Part shown: piece by piece, positions 26,532-34,391 of the stretch
Position numbering within the stretch: the stretch's first letter is position 1
How the letters are laid out: each line of letters starts with the position of its first letter
NCBI GenBank assembly: GCA_043754535.1
Contig: JAYUUN010000045.1
Span: forward strand, 1 to 45,929
Origin: Chloroflexota bacterium
GTDB lineage: Bacteria; Chloroflexota; Chloroflexia; QHBQ01
DNA length: 45,929 nucleotides
Direction of reading: 5' to 3'
Translations under genes and position numbers: made by a program
The notes under the pieces: generated by a model
What the model was told of the DNA's origin: nothing
The model's input: only the letters and a program-made list of their open reading frames with translations
Database searches by the model: none

Positions 26532-27230
26532 TTACTGTACGCCTTCTGGCTTCTTGATCGTGACAGGCTCGTTGATCTTGCTCCACTTAATGGTAGCGGT
26601 GAGTGCCTTGCCCTCGTTGGTACCAGATAGCTTCATCTGGCGCACAGTGGGGTTCGCGTCGGTGCTGATCCAGAGGTCGATATTGCCATCGGTACTGCTG
26701 CCGCCGCCCGTGCTGGGGGCCAGGCTGCTGAGGTCCTTGATGCTGGCGGTCATGTGCTTGGTGTCGGCCCCATCGATCTTCTCGGTGGCGGGGCTGCCAT
26801 CCTTCAGCGCGCTGGCAGACTTGTCCACATCGGCAGCGTTGAAGCTATCCCACATCTTGGTAAAGCTGTCGGTGGCACTAGCAGCCCCAGAGTCGCCCTT
26901 AACGTAGGTCTTGCCACCATCTGCGCTGGTGAAGTTTTCGCCGCCAACAGTCACCATGTTAACGTTCGTGCCTGCGGCACTCATCTTGAGGGCTGAGTTC
27001 TTGTTGGCAAGGTCAATGTCACCATTCATGGTGACCGCCATGCCAGCGTTGTCAATGTTGACATCCAGATTGTAGCTCTTGGCGGCCTTCATGTTGATCG
27101 CGGCCTTCTTGAGCAGGTCGCCATTGCTCATGCTAGTGCTGCCGCTGTCGCCGCCACAGGCTGCCAGCATCACGCTGACCATTACGATAGCCGCCAGTGC
27201 GCCCAGGTAACTCTTGCTGAAAAACTTCAC
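26532..27230 (-). CDS. Lipoprotein, LppX/LprAFG-like (LolA-type fold)
   Basis: Lipobox LAAC, MKAAKSY, EKIDGADTKH, IDLWI and C-terminal WSKINEPVTIKKP. Confidence 0.75.
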   Translation of the reverse strand: MKFFSKSYLGALAAIVMVSVMLAACGGDSGSTSMSNGDLLKKAAINMKAAKSYNLDVNIDNAGMAVTMNGDIDLANKNSALKMSAAGTNVNMVTVGGENFTSADGGKTYVKGDSGAASATDSFTKMWDSFNAADVDKSASALKDGSPATEKIDGADTKHMTASIKDLSSLAPSTGGGSSTDGNIDLWISTDANPTVRQMKLSGTNEGKALTATIKWSKINEPVTIKKPEGVQ

Positions 27231-27348
27231 TACGGGTTCCCTCCTTAATGGGTAAAGCAGACACAGTTAGAGCCGTGCCGTTCAATATTAGCTGCGAACC
27301 TGCGCTCCCATGCCTGCCCAGAGGCACGTTGATGCAGCACGCCAATAC

Positions 27349-27446
27349 ATTATACCAGATCATCCCTGCTATGGTCAATCGCCTGCTGCCGCAACAGCCC
27401 TCCCGCCGCGCCGTTGCTTGACATCATCCGCCCTGCGTGGTATCAT
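27349..27446. promoter_or_regulatory. Back-to-back divergent sigma70 promoters
   Basis: Minus strand TTGACC-18-TATAAT (27378-27349) and plus strand TTGACA-17-TATCAT (27418-27446), both with a TG extension. Confidence 0.6.
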
Positions 27447-27525
27447 TACGGTTGAAACAAGAGCGCATATATCATAGCTGGCTAAACAACTCGCACACAA
27501 TATTCGATCACATGGAGGCACCCCG

Positions 27526-27966
27526 ATGACAGATACCATGATCCCCACCACCCTGACCACCGAAGCCCCTACCGCCAGCCCGATGCTGACGATCAGCGTA
27601 GAGGCTGCCTCGCAACTGCGCGCCCTGGTGGAGAAGGAAGAAAATCCCGATCTCGCCCTGCGCGTCTTCGTCTATCCCGGCGGTTGCAGCGGGATGCAGT
27701 ACGGCATGGCGATGGAAGACAACATTGCCGACGACGACATCCTCCTCCTTCAGCACGGGGTGCGCCTGGTGGTAGATGAGAGCAGCGTCCCTTACCTGCT
27801 GGGCAGCGAGATTGACTACCAGGATGCCTTGATGGGCGGCGGTTTCCGTATTTACAACCCGAATGCGGTGCGTGGTTGCTCCTGCGGCCACTCGTTCGAT
27901 ACGGGCGAGGACGGTGCCGAAGCGCGCAAGTGTGGCAGTGGCGGCGGCGGTTGCGGCAGCCACTAA
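27526..27966 (+). CDS. A-type iron-sulfur cluster carrier (IscA/ErpA/HesB family)
   Basis: LRVFVYPGGCSGMQY, L.GSEIDY and NPNA...CSCGHSF. Confidence 0.92.
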   Translation: MTDTMIPTTLTTEAPTASPMLTISVEAASQLRALVEKEENPDLALRVFVYPGGCSGMQYGMAMEDNIADDDILLLQHGVRLVVDESSVPYLLGSEIDYQDALMGGGFRIYNPNAVRGCSCGHSFDTGEDGAEARKCGSGGGGCGSH

Positions 27967-28080
27967 CCCGGCCTGGGGGAACCTGCCCCGTTAGCAGGTG
28001 ATGATTTTGGTGCGTCCCAGCGTTCGGCGGGGCAGTTTGACCGCGTGTGCTGGGGCGCATCTGTTTGTCTGGAGGTAGCA

Positions 28081-28848
28081 GTGGATGAGGTGTTGGCGAC
28101 TGAAGCCGCGCGCCTGGGCCTGAACCTGAGTGACCGCAAGCGCGACCTCATGCGGCTGCACTACGACGAGATGCTGGTCTGGAACGAGCGAGTCAATCTG
28201 ACCTCGATCACCGCCCCCAACGCCGCCGCCGTGCGCCACTTCGCGGACAGCCTGGCGGTGGCCGCCGCCCTGGAGCAGACTGGCTTCGCCGCTCGGCTGG
28301 CTGGTGAGCGGGCAATGGATGTGGGTAGCGGGGGCGGTTTCCCTGGCCTACCACTCAAGGTCTACTATCCCGACCTGCGCGTAGTCTGCCTAGACTCGGT
28401 GGGCAAGAAGACGGCTTTCATCCAACACATGGCTGACCTCTATACCGAACGCGAACTGAGTGGCACCTTCGTGATCACCGGGCGGGCTGAGGATGTGGCC
28501 CACCAGCCCCAACAGCGTGCCAACTATCTACTAGTAGTATCGCGGGCGGTTGCTAGCCTGGCGGTGCTGGCCGAATACTGCCTACCCTTCCTCAAGGTTG
28601 GTGGGGTGCTAGCGGCCCCTAAGAAGGGGCTGGCCCTGGCTACTGAACTGAGTGAGGCTCGCCCCGCCCTGAAGAAGCTGGGCGCGGGCAAGGTCGAAAT
28701 CTACGACTTCACCTTGCCGCTGATCGCCGAGGAAGATTTGGTCAGCGACGAGCGCGAGGAACGGCAAGTGGTTCTAATCCACAAGCAATCCACCACCCCT
28801 CCACAATATCCCCGGCAGGCGGGAACACCGAGCCGCAAGCCCTTGTAG
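28081..28848 (+). CDS. rsmG: 16S rRNA (guanine(527)-N7)-methyltransferase RsmG
   Basis: WNERVNLTSI, HFADSL, DVGSGGGFPG, DSVGKK, GRAED, SRAVA, TPPQYPR.AG.P.RKPL. Confidence 0.93.
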   Translation: MDEVLATEAARLGLNLSDRKRDLMRLHYDEMLVWNERVNLTSITAPNAAAVRHFADSLAVAAALEQTGFAARLAGERAMDVGSGGGFPGLPLKVYYPDLRVVCLDSVGKKTAFIQHMADLYTERELSGTFVITGRAEDVAHQPQQRANYLLVVSRAVASLAVLAEYCLPFLKVGGVLAAPKKGLALATELSEARPALKKLGAGKVEIYDFTLPLIAEEDLVSDEREERQVVLIHKQSTTPPQYPRQAGTPSRKPL

Positions 28849-28971
28849 CTAGCGGGGGCAAAAGCGGCCAAGTTTCCCACAATTGGGGAAAAGCCATATC
28901 CGAATCTATGTTTCTATGTTATAATTTGAGAACAGGGGCGTACGCTCCAACAACGAGAGGAGAAGTTCCAA

Positions 28972-29613
28972 GTGAAGGTTATCCTGACGGAGAGCATCGA
29001 GAGCCTGGGTCAGGCTGGCGAGGTTAAAGACGTAGCGAACGGCTACGCCCGCAACTACCTGCTGCCGCGTGGCCTGGCAGCCCCTGCCACCGCCGGTGCG
29101 CTCAAGCAGCTTGAGCGACAGCGCGCTATGATCGAGCGCAAGGCCGCCACCCGCGCCGACGAAGCGCGCACCATGGCCGAGCGCATCAACGCCACCGAAG
29201 TCGTAGTCTACGCCAAGTCGGGCGAGCAGAGCCGCCTCTATGGTAGCGTCACTACCAGCGACGTAGCCGACGCACTTAAGGCTCAGCACGGCATTGAGAT
29301 CGACCGCCGCAATATTAGCATTGACGAGGCGATCCATCGTCTCGGCAACTACCACGCGACTGTCAAGCTGAACGCTGGGCAGAGCGGCAAGCTCACCCTG
29401 GTGGTGGATAGCGAGGAGAACCGGGGCAAGCCGCGTCCGCAGAAGGCTGCTGAAGCTGGGTTGCCGACTGCTGAGGTCGCTGTCCCGACTGCCGAGACTG
29501 CCAGCCCGACTGCTGAGGTTGCTGCCTCACCCACCGAGCGCGACCTGCCAGTGATGGTGGTCGAGCTACCAGCCACGGTTGCTACTGGGGAGACGAGCGA
29601 AGAAAAGCTCTAA
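28972..29613 (+). CDS. rplI: 50S ribosomal protein L9 with a C-terminal low-complexity extension
   Basis: MKVIL...LG..GEV..VA.GYARNYLLP, RLYGSVT, IDRR.I, LG.Y...VKL. Confidence 0.95.
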   Translation: MKVILTESIESLGQAGEVKDVANGYARNYLLPRGLAAPATAGALKQLERQRAMIERKAATRADEARTMAERINATEVVVYAKSGEQSRLYGSVTTSDVADALKAQHGIEIDRRNISIDEAIHRLGNYHATVKLNAGQSGKLTLVVDSEENRGKPRPQKAAEAGLPTAEVAVPTAETASPTAEVAASPTERDLPVMVVELPATVATGETSEEKL

Positions 29614-29767
29614 ACCATCCTTGCCCCGCTGTAAAGAGGGGCTGGCACAAACTAAATAGGGCGCGATGGCTGCGCTTCTCCACCCTGGCTTTAAGAGGGG
29701 GGGTGGTCGCAAGCAGGCCATTCGTCTTGAACCACGAGTTCGCAGTCGCTAGAGGGGGGCCGTCCCG

Positions 29768-32440
29768 ATGGTTGATCTTGCTATGCTTGGCGTGCTTGAA
29801 CGCCCTGTTCCCTACAACGTCGAAGCCGAGAAGGCGGTGATTGGCAGCTTGCTGATCGACCGTGACGCTGTAATCAAGATTGCCACCTTCCTCAAGCCCC
29901 CCGACTTCTACAACGAGGCTCATGGAGTCGTTTATGAGGCGATACTCGACCTCTACGCCCGCCGCGAACCGGGCGACTTCGTCACTCTGCTCAACGAATT
30001 GCAGCGCAAGAGCAGGCTGGAGTTCATCGGTGGTGCGCCCTACCTCACCGACCTCCCTTCGGATGTCCCCACCTCTGTTCACATTGAGTTTTACGCCCGC
30101 ATCGTTGAGCAGTTGGCGATCCGCCGCCGCCTGATCGCTACGGGCGGCCAGATCGCCAGCCTCGGCTATCGCCAGGAGCAGGACGTAGAGCAGACCCTAG
30201 ACGAGGCGGAGCAACTGCTGTTTGGCGTAACCCAACGCCAAAGTGCGCGCGATTTCGTCCCCATCGGCACCGTGCTAGACACCGTGTTCGACACGATCAA
30301 CGAGCGCGAACAGCATCGCGGCGAGGTGATCGGTGTCCCCACTGGCTTCGTGGACATTGACGAGATCACCGGCGGCCTGCAATCCTCCGACCTGGTGATC
30401 GTCGCTTGCCGCCCCAGCGTCGGTAAGTGCCTCAAGTACGATAGCCTCGTGGACAACCCCTCAACTGGCGAACGGCTGACTATCCAGCAGTACGTGCTGG
30501 GCCACCTGCCGTTCGTGTTGGGCCTCTCGCCTGCTGGTCAGGTACGAGCCACCGAGATCGCCGAGTGGGTAGATAACGGGGTTAAGCCCTGCTACCGGGT
30601 GACGACGTTGCTGGGTCGCCACGTGGAGGTAACCGGCAGCCACCCCTTCCTTACTGCTAACGGCTGGGTACCATTGCTCGACCTTGCGGTTGGTCAGTAC
30701 GTGGCGGTGCCACAAGTCGTGCCAGTCTTTGGTAAGCGGCAGCTAGAGGCAGGGTTGGCCCGCCTGTTGGCCTACTATGTCGCGGGCGGCAGCCTGGCCG
30801 AGGACGCAGTTCGGTTTGCTAACCTCAACCAGCAAGTGGTGGCAGACCTTCGCAGTATCATCGCTGCTAACTTCCCTACCTGCTTGGTGCAGAGTGAAGC
30901 GGGTACTGTTCTGGTTGGCACGGCCACTGCTGGTCAGGCGGTGAACCCACTGCTGCTCTGGCTGCGCGAAGCTGGGCTGGAGGTTGGCAATGTCGAGCAG
31001 CAGCGGTTCCCCGCCTGCGTCTGGCAGTTTGAGCGGGCAACGCTGGCTGGCTTCCTACACGGGCTGCTCAGTCGTGGCGGCAGCCTCTACCAGCAAGGCA
31101 GGCAGTCCGTGATCGTCTTCGCCAGCGCAGCACAAGGGCTAGCCGAGGATGTGCAGCACGCCCTTACCCGCTTGGGCATCGTCGCCAAGCTGTCGCAGGA
31201 GACAGACCACACATGGCGGGTAGCGATAACCTCTACCGAGGGGCTAGCTAGCTGCCAGCAGCAGATCGGCTGGCCTGGAGCGCAGGCCCAGGTCGTCAGC
31301 TTGCAGACCGTCGCTAGCCGCGAACTGGTCAGCACTGCTGCCGCATCGGGCCACGGCCAAACCTCCCACCCTGCCCTCATGCGGCAAGCGGCAGGGCAGG
31401 CTATGGTCACCAGTCCCGACCTCTATTGGGATGAGATTGTGGCTATCGAACCGATTGGTGAGCATCAAGTGTATGACCTCTGCGTGCCAGATGGGGCGAA
31501 CTTCATCGCTAACGACATCTGCGTACACAACACCTCCTTCTGCATGAGTATGGCCTATAACACTGCTGTTCGCTATGGCAAGCGGGTGGGGGTGTTCAGC
31601 CTGGAAATGTCGAAGGAGCAGCTAGCCCTGCGCCTGCTAGCGATGGAGACTGGGGTAGAGACGCATAGCATCCGCAACGGCTACCTGACCGACGACCAGC
31701 GGCAGGCTCTCACCCGTGCCTTTGGCGACCTTGCCCTTGCTCCAATCTACATTGACGACACCCCTGGCCTCTCCGCCTCCGAACTGCGCTCCAAAGCCCG
31801 CCGCTTGCAAGCCTCGACTGGTGTGGACATGATCATTGTAGACTATCTGCAATTGATGCAAGGGCGACGCGGCAGCAGCGGCGACAGCAACCGGGTGCAA
31901 GAAGTCAGCGAAATATCGCGTGGCCTCAAGCTGCTGGCCCGCGAGCTGAACGTGCCAGTGGTCGCTGCTGCCCAGCTTTCGCGGGGCGTAGAGTCGCGTC
32001 AATCGCACGTACCGATGCTATCCGACTTGAGAGAGAGCGGTTCCATCGAACAAGATGCTGACATAGTAATGTTCATTTACCGCGAGGAGATATACGATCC
32101 CGACACCGAGAAGAAGGGTATCGCCGAGATTCATATCGCCAAGCATCGCAACGGCCCGACCGGTATTGTGCGCCTCCTGTTCCAGAAGGAGACAACCAAG
32201 TTTGTTGACCTGGAGACGCACTATGGCAATGAGCCAGGGCAGGGGTTAGCCAATGTTTGCCGGATTCATGAAGCCCCAGGACAGGGTGGAGCTAGTCTCC
32301 GTCCCAGCAGACTTCTTCACCGAGGTGCTGCCCACGATCACCAGTATGAGCGAGGTGAAGGTGACGCTGCACGTCTTCCTGCTGCTCTCGCTCAAGCGCG
32401 GCTTCCCACGAGGGGTCAGCTACCAGGAGTTGCGGGCTGA
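29768..32440 (+). CDS. dnaB: Replicative DNA helicase DnaB containing an intein (3' end uncertain)
   Basis: P.NVEAEKAVIGSLL, GVPTGF, RPSVGK|T, FSLEMS, IYIDD, VDYLQL, AQLSR, DLRESGSIEQDAD, AKHRNGPTG. Confidence 0.95.
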   Translation: MVDLAMLGVLERPVPYNVEAEKAVIGSLLIDRDAVIKIATFLKPPDFYNEAHGVVYEAILDLYARREPGDFVTLLNELQRKSRLEFIGGAPYLTDLPSDVPTSVHIEFYARIVEQLAIRRRLIATGGQIASLGYRQEQDVEQTLDEAEQLLFGVTQRQSARDFVPIGTVLDTVFDTINEREQHRGEVIGVPTGFVDIDEITGGLQSSDLVIVACRPSVGKCLKYDSLVDNPSTGERLTIQQYVLGHLPFVLGLSPAGQVRATEIAEWVDNGVKPCYRVTTLLGRHVEVTGSHPFLTANGWVPLLDLAVGQYVAVPQVVPVFGKRQLEAGLARLLAYYVAGGSLAEDAVRFANLNQQVVADLRSIIAANFPTCLVQSEAGTVLVGTATAGQAVNPLLLWLREAGLEVGNVEQQRFPACVWQFERATLAGFLHGLLSRGGSLYQQGRQSVIVFASAAQGLAEDVQHALTRLGIVAKLSQETDHTWRVAITSTEGLASCQQQIGWPGAQAQVVSLQTVASRELVSTAAASGHGQTSHPALMRQAAGQAMVTSPDLYWDEIVAIEPIGEHQVYDLCVPDGANFIANDICVHNTSFCMSMAYNTAVRYGKRVGVFSLEMSKEQLALRLLAMETGVETHSIRNGYLTDDQRQALTRAFGDLALAPIYIDDTPGLSASELRSKARRLQASTGVDMIIVDYLQLMQGRRGSSGDSNRVQEVSEISRGLKLLARELNVPVVAAAQLSRGVESRQSHVPMLSDLRESGSIEQDADIVMFIYREEIYDPDTEKKGIAEIHIAKHRNGPTGIVRLLFQKETTKFVDLETHYGNEPGQGLANVCRIHEAPGQGGASLRPSRLLHRGAAHDHQYERGEGDAARLPAALAQARLPTRGQLPGVAG
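30428..31531 (+). mobile_element. 368-aa intein in the DnaB Walker A loop with a degenerate LAGLIDADG endonuclease
   Basis: Starts with Cys after GK. Block B T.SHPFLT, block F VYDLCV, block G NFIANDICVHN, then +1 Thr. Confidence 0.93.
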
Positions 32441-33182
32441 TCAGCGGCTGCTGGCAGGATTGAAGGGGCAGGGGGCAACCAGCAGCCCACGCCCAGCCGA
32501 GGAGTTGCTGGTCGAGGGGTTGGAACTGGCAGTCGCCCGTGCCACCCTGCTGGGCCTGACGATCAAGTTGCCCACCCTGCCAGCCGCGAAGGGGGAGGAG
32601 CAGGAGGTGGAAGCCCAGCCAGCCGAGCCGCTGCTAGTCAAAATCGAGCGGTCACGAGCAGGGGCTTTCGAGGGCGGCGGCAATCGCCGACGCACGCGCA
32701 AGGAACTCTGCTACATGGTCAACACCCCGTGGAACCGCGAAGTGGTGCAGCAGTGGAAGGGTGGCGAGATCGACCTGGCGGGCATTGACCTGGGGCTAGA
32801 CGCAACCTACCGAGCGGCAGCCCAGCCGAAGCCCAAGCGGGTGCGGGTGGTTCCGCTGCGGCCCAACATCTTTGCGCTCTATGAACAGAACATCGGCCTG
32901 TTGACCCCGCTGCTAGCCGAGCAACTGGCGGCAGCCCAGCAGCACTATCCAACCGATTGGATCGAGCAGGCTTTCACCGAGGCAGTCAGTTATAACAAGC
33001 GTAGTTGGCGGTATATCGAACGCATCTTGCAGAAGTGGGAAACTGAGGGTAAAGGCGATGGACAGTCTGCACGACGTAATCAAGGGAATGAACATCTCGA
33101 TCCCCAGGAGTTCACGACGGGAAAATACGCGCACATATTCCAACGTGGAACTGGAAGTGGAGACGGTAGCAGTGGAGGCTGA
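32253..33182 (+). CDS. DnaD domain protein (replication initiation/primosome)
   Basis: VPADFFTEVLP.I....E.KVTLH N-domain. C-terminal NIFALYEQNIGLLTP...W...AF.EAV..NKRSWRYIERIL.KW. Confidence 0.85.
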   Translation: MFAGFMKPQDRVELVSVPADFFTEVLPTITSMSEVKVTLHVFLLLSLKRGFPRGVSYQELRADQRLLAGLKGQGATSSPRPAEELLVEGLELAVARATLLGLTIKLPTLPAAKGEEQEVEAQPAEPLLVKIERSRAGAFEGGGNRRRTRKELCYMVNTPWNREVVQQWKGGEIDLAGIDLGLDATYRAAAQPKPKRVRVVPLRPNIFALYEQNIGLLTPLLAEQLAAAQQHYPTDWIEQAFTEAVSYNKRSWRYIERILQKWETEGKGDGQSARRNQGNEHLDPQEFTTGKYAHIFQRGTGSGDGSSGG

Positions 33183-34050
33183 ACCGCCCTCTACTGTCCC
33201 GTCGCCAGCCGCGCCCACAGAGCGGGGCCGCATGGATGGGCGAAGCTTCGCCCATCCACTGCCAGCCGCGCTCACGACCCCAGCAGTGCGCCGTCCGCGT
33301 CTGCTTGTTGCCGTGCCAACGGCAGAGGACGAGCTTGAGCTTGAGGTGCGTGGGGTCGGCCAGCCGCAAGAGCCAAAGGAAGTCTGCCCCCGCTGCAAGG
33401 GGTCGGGCTGGCTGCGCCTTGATGCTGAGACCAGTTCGCCCAACTTCGGACGCATCTTTCCCTGCAAGTGCCGCGCCCAGGACAATTCTAGCCGCCAAAA
33501 GAGCAAGCTGGCTGAACTCTCCAACCTCGACGCTTTCCGCGACAAAACCTTCGCCAACTTCGACCACAGCCTACCGGGGGTACGCGAAGCCTACACCGCC
33601 GCCCGCGATTATGCCAGCAACCTGAACGACTGGCTGTTGTTGATGGGCGATATTGGCTGCGGCAAGACGCATCTGGCCGCAGCTATCGCCAACGAGGCCG
33701 TTCGCAGCGGCATCTCCACCTACTTTGCGGTCGCCCCCGACCTGCTCGACCAGCTACGGGCTGCTTACGCCCCCGGCAGCGAAAGCACCTACGACCAGCG
33801 GTTTGAGCAAATCCGCAACGCCGCCCTCTTTGTCCTCGACGACTTGGGGACGGAGAACGCGACTAGCTGGGCGAAGGAGAAGCTGTTCCAAATCCTCAAC
33901 CACCGCTACAATATGCGTAAGCCAACGGTGATCACCAGCAACGTCTACCCCGACAGCATCGAACCGCGCATCCGCTCGCGCATCTTTGATGTTGACCTCT
34001 GCCTGCAACGCTTCATCCAGGCACCCGACTACCGCCAGCGGCGCAGGTGA
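33058..34050 (+). CDS. DnaC/DnaI/IstB-like AAA+ ATPase (putative helicase loader)
   Basis: Zn motif CPRC...PCKC, KTFANF, Walker A GDIGCGKTHLA, Walker B LFVLDDLG, NHRY, TVITSN, RIRSR. Confidence 0.88.
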   Translation: MDSLHDVIKGMNISIPRSSRRENTRTYSNVELEVETVAVEAEPPSTVPSPAAPTERGRMDGRSFAHPLPAALTTPAVRRPRLLVAVPTAEDELELEVRGVGQPQEPKEVCPRCKGSGWLRLDAETSSPNFGRIFPCKCRAQDNSSRQKSKLAELSNLDAFRDKTFANFDHSLPGVREAYTAARDYASNLNDWLLLMGDIGCGKTHLAAAIANEAVRSGISTYFAVAPDLLDQLRAAYAPGSESTYDQRFEQIRNAALFVLDDLGTENATSWAKEKLFQILNHRYNMRKPTVITSNVYPDSIEPRIRSRIFDVDLCLQRFIQAPDYRQRRR

Positions 34051-34062
34051 GGCGGAGTAGCG

Positions 34063-34092
34063 AAGGAGCGTAGCTCGGTGGCTGCGCTCCTT
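34063..34092. terminator. Hairpin terminator after the replication gene block
   Basis: 12-bp stem AAGGAGCGTAGC / GCTGCGCTCCTT. Confidence 0.65.
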
Positions 34093-34293
34093 GTCAGAAT
34101 ACGCGCCATCGGCTGATTCCTCAGTCCAAATCTTGTAGTCCAGACCTGTGGGCCAAAGCACGGCATCACCCGCCGTTAGGCGCGCCCCCTCCCCCGCTGG
34201 GCCGCCGATCCGCACATGGCCGCTACCCGCCCCTACGTAGCACAAGATGCAGTGCCTACTTTGCCACAATTCTGCTTTCCCCCGCCTCCTGCG

Positions 34294-34322
34294 TTGACAT
34301 ATTAGGTGATTGGCGCGATAAT
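34294..34322 (+). promoter_or_regulatory. Sigma70-type promoter for the TPR-cdaA-cdaR region
   Basis: TTGACA-17 nt-GATAAT. A second TATAAT lies at 34350-34355. Confidence 0.55.
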
Positions 34323-34391
34323 AGGGGCAGGCAACCGACCTTCTGCCTCTATAATCGCTTGCCAATTTGCCAAAGTTCGGGGAGTGAAAGC

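Noticed and set aside
26155..26907. 250-aa plus-strand ORF, and other long antisense ORFs such as 4775-5812, 35898-37106 and 43513-44700
   Set aside because: They are shadow ORFs opposite well-supported genes, as expected in GC-rich DNA, and carry no recognisable motifs.
27231..27345. Riboswitch in the ~110-nt lipoprotein leader
   Set aside because: No recognisable aptamer consensus or terminator/antiterminator pair was seen.
29729..29741. Second LexA-like box GAAC-cacga-GTTC upstream of dnaB
   Set aside because: The spacer is 5 nt rather than the required 4.
33058..34050. IS21 element or prophage suggested by the IstB-like ATPase
   Set aside because: No IstA transposase, terminal repeats, integrase or phage structural genes. 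The context is rplI-dnaB housekeeping.
34051..34200. Possible tRNA or SRP/6S RNA after the DnaC-like gene
   Set aside because: No cloverleaf, T-loop GTTCRA or SRP GGAAG core. The strong hairpin is explained as a terminator.
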